This document shows, one piece after another, positions 39,024 through 52,024 of a DNA stretch of 64,000 nt (positions are counted from its first letter, which is position 1; each line of letters opens with the position of its first letter). Source of the stretch: Utricularia gibba (taxonomy: Eukaryota > Plantae > Magnoliophyta); NCBI GenBank assembly GCA_002189035.1, contig CM007989.1, positions 6,324,001 to 6,388,000 of the forward strand, given 5' to 3'. The position numbers were made by a program, and so were the translations under genes. A model generated the notes under the pieces. It did not search any database, was not told where the DNA came from, and was given only the letters and a program-made list of their open reading frames with translations.

Positions 39024-39161
39024 TTAATGTACATGAAAAAATCATTTGTTTGAGGTTAGTTAATTACCACTATTTTCAACTCTCGTCCGCTCATCATACA
39101 AAGTCGAAAGGGAAACATGCACGTAGTGGCAAATTATTTTGAGCGGCATGTTCCAATCCAC

Positions 39162-39178
39162 GGGGGGGGGGGGGGGGG
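39162..39178 (+). repeat. Poly-G tract (G17)
   Basis: Read directly from the sequence. Confidence 0.9.
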
Positions 39179-41493
39179 ATGAGGGAAAAAGTGATGAGTG
39201 GCGTAAATGAAGCAGCATCTTATCCGATTATGGGGGCGCATGGAAGCAAGTATCGGGTCGGTCCAACCCCCGTCAGGATCCACCGAATCTTAAATCATAT
39301 GAAAACAAAAAACCCGACCGTTCCAAAACGAGTCGGGTCGAGGAATGAATACGCACTTTAATTAATAATAATATTATTATTATGTTTAATGTTATGTGAT
39401 GGGATTCCATTTAATGGGGGTAGGTTGCAACCCAGCGGAAATTGGGCACTATTTACTTCATTTCATAAATGGCTTTGCCTAATTGTGTGGCCCACTCCTA
39501 ACCACATTCCGATCAAGGTGCGGATCCCACCCCTAGAGAGTGGAAGGGCAATTCGGACATTGCACGGCAACGACCAAGGCTAGTTGTGGCATACGAACCC
39601 TTGGGCCTTGATAAGGACCACTTGTGTAACAAACACACTATAGATAGATGGCCGCTACGTGCCTAACAGTTCCTTTGAGGGTGACACCCATGTACACGCT
39701 AATTTCTTTCACACATATGTGATTCTCATAAAAACAGCTCGTCAAGCGTGGCTTGGGATCCAATCCAAGTTTACGGAGTTTTGAGTGGCTTGGAGGGGAG
39801 GGGTAAATGCGACATTTCACAAGGAAGATGGTCTGGTCTGGCCTGGCCCGGCGTGGGTGTGGGTGGGCCGGCTCTTAATTGAATTTAGGTGGACAGACAA
39901 AAACCAACTTGTTATCACCATCGTCCTTATCCTCTTCCTCCTCCCTCTCTCCGTTGGCATTTATCTATCTCCAAAATACTTACTATTCCCGTGATCGGAA
40001 TGCCAATCATCTCCACTTGAACCCAACACACACCACGCCACTCCCGACCGGATCGACTCCACCATGGATGGACCGGACCGGTCAACACAAGTCTTCACGC
40101 AACAACCGCCAACTGTTTCCAACGTTTCATGCCCTCACGACTCCTCCTCCAAGTGATTCCAAGTGGGTAAGTTTTAGGTATTTGACAATGGACACAAAGA
40201 TTTCATATTTTACTCATCTAATCAGCCGCCATTCGTCTTCATGTTACCTTTCAAGCACGCTAGAGTTGTATGGATAGACTAAATGCAATGGATACTTTTA
40301 CTTGAAATCAACTTTAGATTCAGAAGTACGATGCTCAAGAGAAACTGAACGTCTCGAAGGGCTCTAAGGACTCATTCTTCCCAGTGGGTGTGTGCGAGTT
40401 CCAAACAGCACGAGCCCATACCAAGTAGAAACCCCTCCCTAGCCAAGAACCAATGCAAATTAACCTAATTATCGGGATTAAGAGCCAACACCCCCGCAGC
40501 TCCAACATGAGATGTTTGGGCGTTGGGTGACAATACTTCATTTTTTATTGTTTTAAAAAAAAGGATTCCAAACATTAATCTTCAGTGTGCCTCCACCCCA
40601 AATTCATTATGAAAAAAAAAGGGGGTAAAAGAAAAGAAAAACATAGCGCAAAGTTAAATGTTGGGTGGGGAAGGGGGGGATGGGACGGGGTTACCACAGT
40701 GTACGGCCTTGCTGGTGTGGTCCGGCCCCCGTAAGTACTTCACTCTTTCCCATAAAAACAAACATTTCTTCTGAAACTCCGTAGATTGAGATTCCCTAAT
40801 CATTTTCATGTTTTCACCCTTCCTTCTCATACCATCGATTCAATAAAACCGACCTCCTGCCTCCATCATAAAAAATGGAACCAATATTTTTAATAATTCA
40901 AAAAATTATTATATTTAAATATTATTTTTAGTAAGAATGAGATTAGTACACAACATTTTTTTTGAATTACATTCAGTATTGATCGCAGTGAAGGAGCATG
41001 AAATCTACTATGTTGTAAGAATGCAGGATACTAAATTAATTTGTTTTTAAATAAGATGTAATTATTACAAAAATATAAAAAGGTGGCATGGGGGAATGTG
41101 TAGGTGAGATGTGTGCATGTCGGGGGGAGTTGTGATGAGGATTAGGGAGGTGATTAGGCCCACTAATTAGGTGATTAATTAGTGAAATATTACCGAGGGG
41201 GGGGGGGCAGGGAAAATAAATAAATAGATTAATTAAAAATATTGGATTTGTTTTGTTTTGGGGGCGAAGGGATTGACAGCCAGATCCCACCGAAATAAAT
41301 TAAATAAATTCACCACGCCATTCTTCATCTCATCTTCTTCCTCCTTTTCTTCTCCCCCCGTCTTCTTACAATTCACCCATCTCGATTTGATTTGATTTGA
41401 TTTGATGCATTTTTAATTTGCCATTACCTTGTCTTCTGGTAATTCGTTGACAAGAACCATCTCCGTTTTCCCTTTTTCCCCCGTTTTTTTTAT

Positions 41494-43224
41494 ATGATTC
41501 TGGGCGTTTCGGAGCTGATGGGCAGCCCCGGGGATGGAGGGATTGCTGGGGCGGAGGTTCACGAGAGCGGCGGCGCTAGCGGGGGAAGCAGCGAGATTGG
41601 AGCTTCCAGTTTGATTCCTGGGGGGGAGTCGAGGAAATTGAGAGGGTTGGCGGCGCCGGCAGTCGGTGGCCGAGCAAGGAAACATTGGCTTTGCTTAAGA
41701 TTCGGTCGGAAATGGATTCCGTTTTCAGAGACGCGTCGCATAAAGCGCCTCTCTGGGAAGAAGTCTCAAGGTAAAGAGATTCAATTTCTAGTGTTCTCTC
41801 TGGGATCGCGATTTCGTTGAATTGCAAAGGGGTTTTGTAATTTCTGTGAGATTTGGAACTGATTCGGTGGTTTCGGTGAACAGAAAGATGGCGGAGCTTG
41901 GGTTTCAGCGAAGCGCGAAGAAATGTAGAGAGAAATTCGAGAATGTTTACAAGTATCACAAGAGAACAAAAGATGGGCGAGCATCCAAACCTGCCGGGAA
42001 AACGTACAGATTCTTTGAGCAATTGGAAGCACTTGAGAACAACCCCTTTTTGGCTGTCGCCGTGCCGCCGCCGCCTCCACCGCCGCGAAATCAAACGCCG
42101 GTGACTATGAATAATAGCAACCCTTACACGGCTGCAGCGAGTTTGCCCACAAGTCCCACGCCGTTGAGTGTGCTACCGCCGAATCTTGCGCCGCCGCAGC
42201 AGCAGCAGATTAGTAGTGCGTTTCAACATCAGCAATCTCAGCCGGCGCCGAGTTTCCCGCAGTCGATTCTACAATTCTCCAATTCGATGTCGTCGTCTTC
42301 GACTTCGTCTGATGAGGATATACAAAGAAGACGGGGGAGGAAGAGGAAATGGAAGGACTATTTGCAGAAGCTAATGAGAGAAGTGATTCAGAAGCAAGAG
42401 GAGATGCAGAAACGTTTCCTCGAAACGCTCGAAAAACGTGAGTGCGATCGAATCTCTAGGGAGGAAGCGTGGAGAGTTCAGGAGATCGCGAGATTGAACC
42501 GCGAACACGAACTCTTGGTGCAGGAAAGATCCGCCGCCGCCGCCAAAGACGCCGCCGTGGTCGCCTTCTTGCAAAAGATCACCGACCAGCAAAATCTCCA
42601 AATCCCCGTTAGTCTCCCTCTCCCTACCTTCCCCCACTACCCACCCATGAACCACCCCCGGGCCCGGCTCCGATTAGGCAACCCCAACTAGAGATTGCCG
42701 AACTGGGAACGGGGGCGAGAGAAGAGAACGTGGGTGGTGCCGAGGGATCATCATCCCGGTGGCCGAAAGCGGAAGTTCACGCGCTGATAAAGCTGAGAAC
42801 AGACCTGGATCTAAAGTACCTAGAGACAGGACCAAAGGGTCCACTCTGGGAGGAGATTTCAGGTGCCATGGCGAAGCTGGGATACAACAGAAGCTCAAAG
42901 AGATGTAAAGAGAAATGGGAAAACATCAACAAGTACTACAAGAAAGTGAAGGAGAGCAAAAAGAAGCGCCCCGAGAACGCCAAGACGTGCCCCTATTTCC
43001 ACCAGCTCGAAGCCATCTACAAGGAAAAATGTAAAAACGAGGATCCGATGATGGCGCCGATAATGGCCCGGCCGGAGCAGCAATGGCCACCGCCGGATCA
43101 AAACCCAGTTCAAAATCCAGACGATCTCGGATTGGAAGACGACGACGGTGACGACGACGACGATGACGAGGACGGTGCCGGAGATGGCATTACCCCTCAG
43201 CCGCCGGTGAGTTCAGCGGAGTGA
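41494..43224 (+). CDS. GT-2-clade double trihelix transcription factor (GT-2/DF1/GTL-like); two frameshifts
   Basis: Exons 41494-41770 and 41884-43224 with a 113-nt GT-AG intron. Trihelix 1 SRWPSKETLALLKIRSEMD..WEEVSR^KMAELGFQRSAKKCREKFENV; central coiled coil QKQEEMQKRFLE..REEAW; trihelix 2 SRWPKAEVHALIKLR..RSSKRCKEKWENINKYYKK. 1618 nt plus 2 restored bases gives 539 aa. Confidence 0.93.
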
Positions 43225-46200
43225 GTTGGAATGTCGCGACGGCGATGTTAAATTGGCGGAGCAGGAGCGTCCGGTGGTGGGGGCCGTGTCGCAGAAGTTG
43301 TCAGAGAGGAGCGGGATGCGTTGTGGGTCATGGGCACGCAGATGCTTCGGTGGCACGGCGGTAAACGACATTTGAATCGCGGTAAAAAAAGCAAAGGTGG
43401 TTTTTTTGTTATTTAATTATTTTTTGAGGGGGAAAATAATAAATTGGGTTGGGGTCATTTATATTTATAAATACACAGGATGCGGGTGAGCTTCTTTCTC
43501 TTCTCCAGATAAGACTCTTGTTCATTTGTTCTGAGTTTTGTTGCTTGAGTGTACATGTACTGTTGTTATTCATACGGTGTCGTTTTGAGTTTCCTGAATT
43601 GTAATTTATATATCATTCAAAGTTTCCCGATTGGTATAAAAGTGTTGACTTTGCTTCATCCTCCCCATTTTGTCTTACTATTCAAGGGAATTAATGATGG
43701 TATTAATCCTTTTAAGCGTTTCAGTCCACATACTATATTAGGAATTACATGCTTAGAAATAAAAGCCCTTTGAAACAGTTTATAGTCACACAATCCAATT
43801 ATAATAATCAAAATTGTTAAATATAAACATTTGGGGGTGGGGTCTACCTGGAGGGTGATGGGGCCCGAATAATTAAAGGGTGAATTATTTGATGTAATGC
43901 GAAAATATAAAATAAATAATTAATTACAGGGATAGACATTTCATAATTGACGTGGCGAGGGAGTCATGCTACCGTCACAATCATGCAGCTCCCAACCTCC
44001 TCACCCTAAATGACATTGCACTCACCTTCAACGCTCTCACTCAAACCCCCAAAAGAAAAAAACAAAAAAAAAGACTTCAACGGTTTTCTTTTCATGTGCA
44101 CTCTTTTTATGGCACATGTTTGTGATCGTATATATCTTGTATGATATTGTTCGTGATAACATATGAATTGCATGGTTTATTATTTGCTCGTTAAAATCCC
44201 TTCTTATCTTAGTCTAATTCGGTTATTTCACGTGGCATCATTGTCAAAAAACTAGGGTTGATCACATATTTGTTAAAATTAAGGATCTAATAGATCGGGT
44301 GGACATACATGAAGGTTAAATAGATAGGAAATATAGTTATAAGATTAAACTCAACCATAACTTATAAGTTTTTATACACTTAAATATTTCAATTTCAAAT
44401 AATTATATAGAATTATTTGTTCTAATCATACTTACACATATAATAAGGGATTCCTATTCATTTCATGTAACCCCGTTATTTTATATGATGTTATTGTAAA
44501 AGACGATAGCCATCAGGGTGATTGATTTTAAATTATTTAAAACCGTTAAATTAAGAAATTAAAAAATTGAATGATATTGTAAAATATAATTAATAATAGT
44601 GCCGAAGAATTTACCGCGGTAAATGGGTTGGAGGTGGGGCCAACTGCCAGAGCATTGCATTGCGCACTAAAACGACAGGCAAGTACGCAACTGAAAAAAA
44701 TGGCTGACGCTTTTTCCCCCTTTTCGCCTTTTTATTTTTTATTTTTAATTCTTTTCCCCCCTCTCGCTCAACGAATTTTCCTGCTTTGGCGGATAACGGT
44801 ATGTGGTGTATAGCCATAGCATCAGCGTCACTCTTCCACTGACGTTCTCCAACTTTATTTAGTTTAAACTGAACTGTTATACCAATTCCCTTTTTTAATT
44901 TAATAAACGAAACCATACTTTCAAATTAAATCCCATTATAATGCGAGAAAAATATAAATTTGTGAATTTGTGCCAATACTATTCGAAATGTCTAATATTT
45001 TTTAAATTGTATGCTTAACTTTAGAGTGATGATAAAATCCGAGCTATTTTTTAAATGGTATGATCGCATCCAAATAAAGAACGAATACAGCGTCCATCAT
45101 GTGATTTGAAATACTTAATATTATTTCTAAATGGAATTATTTTTCAATAATTAGAATTGATGCGTATTATAAAGTTCTTCTATTGCACAACGCGTCATTT
45201 TGTTTCGCTGATGAATTTATAATTTTTGCATCGCATTGCAAAGGGAAACTTAATTTTTTTTAAAAAAAAAGGTGTGAAAATGAGTGTAAAATATGGGCTA
45301 ATGAAGAATGTTTTGGGGCTCTACCAGCAATGAGGCCCATAAGATGAATGGGCCCACACCCCATTTCCTAATCTCCGAGTAAAACAGTTGGAAAGTTAAC
45401 TCTAAAGTGAAGATCTTTATTGCAACTGTAGTATAAAATCAATTTATTTACATCATTTTTATTTAAATTCAAAAATCAAATTCTTTTTTTTAATCTCAAT
45501 CTCATCAACGTAAAACACCTTAAGTACATTAGTAGGCGGTGTCTACTCTAAAATTCAGGGTTAGAATTGGATGAAGTAATCCAAGCAAGGCAGAGGGGCT
45601 GTCCGTACATGGGATGACCCTGTTAATATTATTACTAAATATCACATTTTGACAAATGTATTTCATTATTACAATCCCATGAAGCTTACACCTTGATTGG
45701 CATGATTATACGTAGTTAGGAGATAAAGGTATTAATTAGCATTTGATAGTATATTTTAATTTATTTAAAAATAAATTAAAAGGAAATTAATTTGAGAAAA
45801 TTGAGAAATTGAAAAAACTCGAATATGTTTATGTATAATTTTACTACGTTCTGCACGTAATACAAAAAATACTTTAGATTTGGAGTACTAAATAAGTGTG
45901 TAACGCTGGTTATTGAAATCAATTAATTCTATTTTATTAAAATCTTATTATATATTACTTTATAATATTTAAAATAAAAAATAATTTGAAATCATGTAAA
46001 GATTGAAAATAATATCAATATCTCATTCAAATTTAATTTCTATCAGACGGATGCGCAAGTTCAGTTGTATTGCTGAGGGTGATCTTGTTAATTCGGTTGC
46101 AATGAATTATCTATTTCAAATTTTTTCTATAAATCAAATATCAATTCTTATAAATATATGAAGTGATTTATTTTTATGCATTAATTATTTTATTATTGAA

Positions 46201-48101
46201 TTAAAAAATTAGGAAATATTTTATTATTTTAACGTATTCGTTATGTATTCATTTTTAATATTTAATTAATATCGTATCAATCTGTTATATTACTTATTCA
46301 CGGAACACCATATCGATCTCGATAAGCCGTAGGTTTTACTTAATAAAGTATTAGTTATCAAAAAATATATTATATAAAATATTAATGATAATTAGATAGA
46401 TAATATTATATAGACTATTATCAAAATATCTATAATTGAAAATTTAAAGTAAAAAAAAAGTCTTTTCATTATACCTTTAAAATTGTATAAAAGTTTTATG
46501 TTAATCCAGGAAGGAAGAATACAAATCAGAAAGTTTTATGTGTATTATTATGTTTTGGGAGCATGGTATTAGCTAAACCTACATGGAATATGAGATATGT
46601 CGATTTTCATGTGGTGCGCTCGCATGGAAAATCCAACCATACACGCGCAGAGACCTGAAATTCTCTTGGGTAGCACCACATTCAATACTCGCTCCTTCGC
46701 ATTGGGCAATTTTATGTCGAATGTATGAGTGTTTGAGGCCTTGTTACCACAAAATCACACCTTGTCTTGCGCAATCTCATATATGTCAAAACGATATCTG
46801 CTACAGCATTCTCAAACTTGGAGTAAGAATCCGGAGCTCTTTTCATGTTGGCAGGTTGAGTATTCAATCCACCCCATTTTTTCTTGTGGGGAGTTAGAAC
46901 CATTGAAGCTGCTTATCATTGGTTGAGTTAATTATTTATGGCCTAGTTAGCGAAAAAGCTTTTGTTGATTGTGCTGTCATGGAGTTGGATAAGCGTGTGA
47001 TGATTCTGTTCTTTCCCGGAAACTATTGTCAAGATTGCAACTGTTTTTTTTTCCTGCTTCTCAAGTAGGTTTGATGTCTAGTTACTGCTGCTTGCAAAGA
47101 AGTCTGGATTTTTCCTTTTTTTCTTTACAAAAGGATTTTTACGGTGATTATGCTTAACTCCCAGGTCTGGTAATCTACGATTTATGTAAGATTTAGACGG
47201 GATTTATGGTGTAACATGCTAACTTTTAAAGAGTTGTTTGCTGGTGTACTGAGGAAGCCTTGCCCGCCCAAGGAAACTGGAGGAACGCCCTTCACTTGAA
47301 GCACTAAAATACACCGACAATAGCAGGGTATGTCATTTCACCGTCGAAGAAATGAAAAACTTCTGTAACGCGGAGGCAGGCTTGATCTCTTTTTTTTTTT
47401 TTTTTTCCTCCGAGCAAGTTGCAGGAAGTTTCCTTGAATGACGGATACAGAGAAGCGAGCACACACCTAGAAATGACGCTTATACATTTTCATCTCCTGG
47501 AGCTGGAGAGCACATGCTTGATGATAGAGTGTGGATATGCATAACCTCAGCTTGCCTATTGCGGCGAAGAGGAGAAGAGACAGCGTAACTTGCAAGGCAT
47601 GTCTTAGTGCATGTTTCTTGGCAGGAAAAAAAAATAAAAACGTAGTCTGTTCCTTGTCCTCAGATCATTAATATCAGTCTGTTTAGTCATTTCCATCCAA
47701 ATAAATAAGGTTTATTTAGAGGGGATCGAATAGGACAACATCTCTTGATCAGAGAGCTCTTATGACAATGGAAAATGAACAGGCATGCATCGAAAACGAA
47801 ATTCATGTGCTTGAGCAGGATGCCATTGAAAAAAAGTGCTTGAGAAGGATGGAAACAGGTACTCCTTTGGGGATCTTCACAAGAAAGAGATAAAAAGTTG
47901 GATTTGAAGTCTTAAGTCAAGCATTGCCCTGTGGACATGAACTCACAAGACTGCGTGGATGACCTTTGGAGGAGCAAGCATTGATGCAGACCGCTGTTTC
48001 TGCTTTGGTAATGCTCCTGGTGGAGTTTCAAGCACACAGAAACAGAGATAAATGAAACAGGGATTCTGGGTGTAATAAGGACGAAGTTGCTCCTAACAGA
48101 C

Positions 48102-48242
48102 CTTCAAGTCTAGGATGACCTGGGGCACGATGTTTTCCTTCAGCAGCGCTACAGCACAGCCTCCCCAGCCAGCGCCTATCATCCATGCCCCTATTGCACC
48201 GTTCTTGCGGCAGCATTTCACCAGTTCTTTCAGTTCAGGACA
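48102..48242 (-). pseudogene. GALK: Isolated galactokinase (GHMP kinase C-terminal) exon
   Basis: [47 protein letters not shown], flanked by CAG and AAG|GT, matches the galactokinase GARLTGAGWGGC region. R-to-W and T-to-I changes in that motif; no other galactokinase exons recognised in the window. Confidence 0.85.
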
Positions 48243-48279
48243 CTGATGGATAACAGATTGGGCAATGGTGCTTTCACAT

Positions 48280-49400
48280 TGATAACACACAGTTTACAAT
48301 ATTTCAGTATAGGGAAATCATTAGTATTCTACCAAAAAATTCGAATTATATTGTGTATTTCTATATTTTTGTAATTAGTAACATCGTTTATATATTGTAT
48401 TTCTAATTGGGATTAAATTTAAATTTTAGTTTTAATCTTAATTCTAATCTTTTTTTAATCAATGCAACATATGTTAACAATACAAATTTAAGTGAACGGA
48501 AAGTATATAATGAAGATAACATGAAAAGTAGACAAAAGAGAATAAAAAAAGAATAAAATTAGAAGAATATAAAAAATAGATATTTTGGATATAATAAAAA
48601 GAGAGAAAAAGACATATATTTTGAACAACACACAACACACTTTTGGAGGGAAGATAGAAAAAAAAATCACAAAAACTAAGAGGAACACAAATGAGGCTAA
48701 TTGAAGAACCAAGTTTACTATTGTAATTCCCTTTGTTTATTATAAACACTACTCCTAGCTAAGAGTAGTTTTAGTTTTCCGTACGAATTATTTAAAATTT
48801 ATGTTTATTTCCTTATTGTTGCTCTATGAAATGAACATATTCTAGTTGTTATGTTATGAACATATTTCATTTTACCTAAAGATGAATGACTAAACACATG
48901 TAATGTTTTAAGGTAGAAGGATGATCAGTTATTCTTAGACTATCTAGCTCAATAATTACATTAATTCCTTATTAAATTACTATAGATCCATGAGGAGTAA
49001 GTAGTGATATTCATAAAAAAACAAGTTTAATTAGAGGTAAATCAAAAGTTAGGAAAAATAAAGACTTAGGTAGATTTGAACTTTTAATTTGTTAGATGAT
49101 TAGTTAATTGGTTAGATATGACAAGTGTAGTAATGATCATGTCATTCTTAAAAATTTCAAGTTATTGCATCATATTGTTCTAGTTAGTAATAGAATTTCT
49201 CTATCTGTTTCTCTACTATAATTTATAATAATCTGTGTTAGTCCTAACTTAAATTTAATTTTCAATTGTAACAAAAACAACATTCATTAACCTTCATATA
49301 ATAAAAACATAACTTCTTGTATTCGATCTTAATCACTAAATTCATTGTATTACGATTGAGAATATATTACATTTATAAATTTTATTTAATATAAGAATTT
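48280..49400. repeat. LTR-like dispersed repeat, copy D
   Basis: Starts TGATAACACAC at 48280 (compare 24398) and shares blocks with copies A-C. Right boundary approximate. Confidence 0.4.
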
Positions 49401-52024
49401 GTAATTTATAATGATTTGCTAAATTTTTCATTTAGCACCCATGAACATATAAAAGGAGGAAAAAGAAAGGGTTATCAGGAGTTCAGTTTCACCTGCACTT
49501 AGCAAAAAAACACAAAATATGTAGCAACAAACACCACATTAGCCTAAAAAAAACAAGAAAATTAGTATTCTTGATCTCTATTTATTCTTTTGATCAAGAT
49601 GAGTTTATGTCTCAATATTTAAATTAAAAAAGATGTAAAACTTTGGTAAAAATATTTGATGTTTATATTTTGAATATCACATCTTTTGATATTTTTCTTT
49701 AACAGAATGATATTTAATTGATATATGCTGTGTTTTTTCATGAAACACAAGGTTTATTATCATTGCAATTTCATTCTTTGAATTACAAACACAAGTGTTG
49801 TTTCATTGTCTTCTTTACCTTGATCAATAAGCATTTTTCTTAGTTACACATCCTGATTTCCAGCAACAACGACAATCACATATACTGCTTCTATTGCCGA
49901 TCAAAAAATTTCTGATTTCTTCTTTAAATTTCAACTTACTCCGATCGAAATATACTTGAAGAGATATCAAGAATTATTGAATAATAATAATATTTTCTTT
50001 AGGCTTGAGGTTCCAGATATCCCATAACCTTTATATGCTTCTCTTGAAATATTTTTTAACAACATATTCAATTTTGGGATAATTTTCACATGGTTTTTTT
50101 ATCTTGAAACAAAAATAGCTCCTTTATTATTTTTTTTACATTTCAATAATATTCTTTATTAATTCATTTTGGTCTTAGTCTCCATTTCATATATTCGTTA
50201 TTAGAAGATTGCTTTATGATGATATTTCGTAAATATTTTCCCAGTTCCTTGAGTAATGATAGAGCTTTGATTGATGTTTTGTTTTTAAAAATTGCAATAG
50301 CTATGGAATCTACCATTTTTTTTTGTTTTTCACCCAACTTCAATAATGGAACATAAACCATCCTTCATCAAGTTTTCATTGTTGCATGGTTGTATTTTAG
50401 TCACCACTTCTCCCACGTTGGCGTTTCATTGAAGAAAGGCATGCTGCAACCATTGGATCAACACACACGTAAATACCTAACTAATGTATATCTATCATAT
50501 ACACAGATATATTAAAATCCCCAATCAACAGAACAACATTATGATAACAAAAGAGACTCATAATTATCCCCTTAAAAATGTGACGCAAATCTATTGATAA
50601 ATAAACAACTTATGAAATAGCGATTATATTCCAAATCAACAAAAAACTCAAACAAATGCAATATATATTGTTTGCATACATCTATCTAATGCAACTCCCA
50701 ATTCCTTCTTAGATCATGTAAAATCAGTTAATTTTGCAGGAGTTTGACAGCACCACAATGAGATTATTGTATCACCAGCGTTTTGAAATTCCAAGGATTG
50801 TTGCAGTTGAATGTCCACAAGATTTTATATGTGGTTTCTAGGGAGCCATTTTTATAATGTAATAAAAATAATGAGGATGTATTAAATAATTTATAATATT
50901 TTTTACAAATAATTATTTCCAAACATATCTATCACACATACAAAATTATTAATTACAAATAATTGCAGATGTGAAATAAATCATCTTTTTAAGGTTTATT
51001 TAAATCATAATAATTTTATTCAAAAGTATTGAAAAAATTTTAGTCAAAAAGTTTTAATATTAAGCTTCTATATTTTAAATAAAATAATAAATTTATATAT
51101 ATTACATATTGTAATGTCTAAAAATTCATACAAAATGTATTGAAAAAAAAATTGCACAATTCCATTTTGGTGTTACTTTTTTGGAAGTTGGTAACTTGGC
51201 ATCACCACTACATGGGCTTAATGAATTAGGGCCCAACAATAGATAAACAGACGAATTCCACAAGGTTACTGAGAACGAGTGGTGTCGATTTCTCCTCTCG
51301 TTGATACGCAAAAGGAATGCGTGGTTTCCCATCTATGAATCTCCACCTCTTATAGCGGGGAAAGAGATGGGGCACACCCAGAATCTACCACTGGAAGTGG
51401 TTTCTAGCCTCGTGTTTTCTTCTTGGCGGCAAAGTGGGAAGGTTGCAGGGGAGGTGTTTGTGATAATGCTTGAATGAAACAAGAGAAACTCAGGGGACGC
51501 CTAGCACAACGACGACATTATCCCGTTGCACCATCTGCAGCTACAAAACCAAAGCTTCAAGTTCACCACCAGCTGCTAGCTTCCCCTCTACTGCATCGAC
51601 TGATTCTAGACCCTTTTAGGTTCACAATGCAGGCATTTCAGGTTCAATTTTGATCCAAGTCTCTTGGGTATGATGAAAACATTCGCCTGGAGTTATGTAT
51701 TCTGTGTTCATCTTTAATTTGATTTGTATGAGGCTGCTAGAGTCGATATTCCAAGCATCGAAACTCAAGATTGTGTTCATGGGGGATGAACACCTGACCA
51801 TTTCAAGTTCCATTCATCGTGATCAGGTAGCTGGACCTGTTTTTCAGTGGGATGATCACCTGAAAATATGAATGTGGGTGATGGATGCACAGAAGAGCGA
51901 GGCTTCGAGTATACAACATTCCTCAGTTTCAATATGTATGTAAATTAACACTCAGGATGGTACGAAGGAAACAGCGAGGTAACCTTCAATGTAACCTACT
52001 CTTTCTAATATGTGATAACTAAAT

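Noticed and set aside
39879-40277. 132-aa ORF upstream of the trihelix gene
   Set aside because: TTG start, low-complexity Ser/Pro/Thr content from CT-rich DNA, and no family motif or signal-peptide layout.
45845-45880. Possible Helitron 3' hairpin (tacgt-tctgc-acgta)
   Set aside because: The stem is only 5 bp and no CTRR terminus follows at the expected distance.
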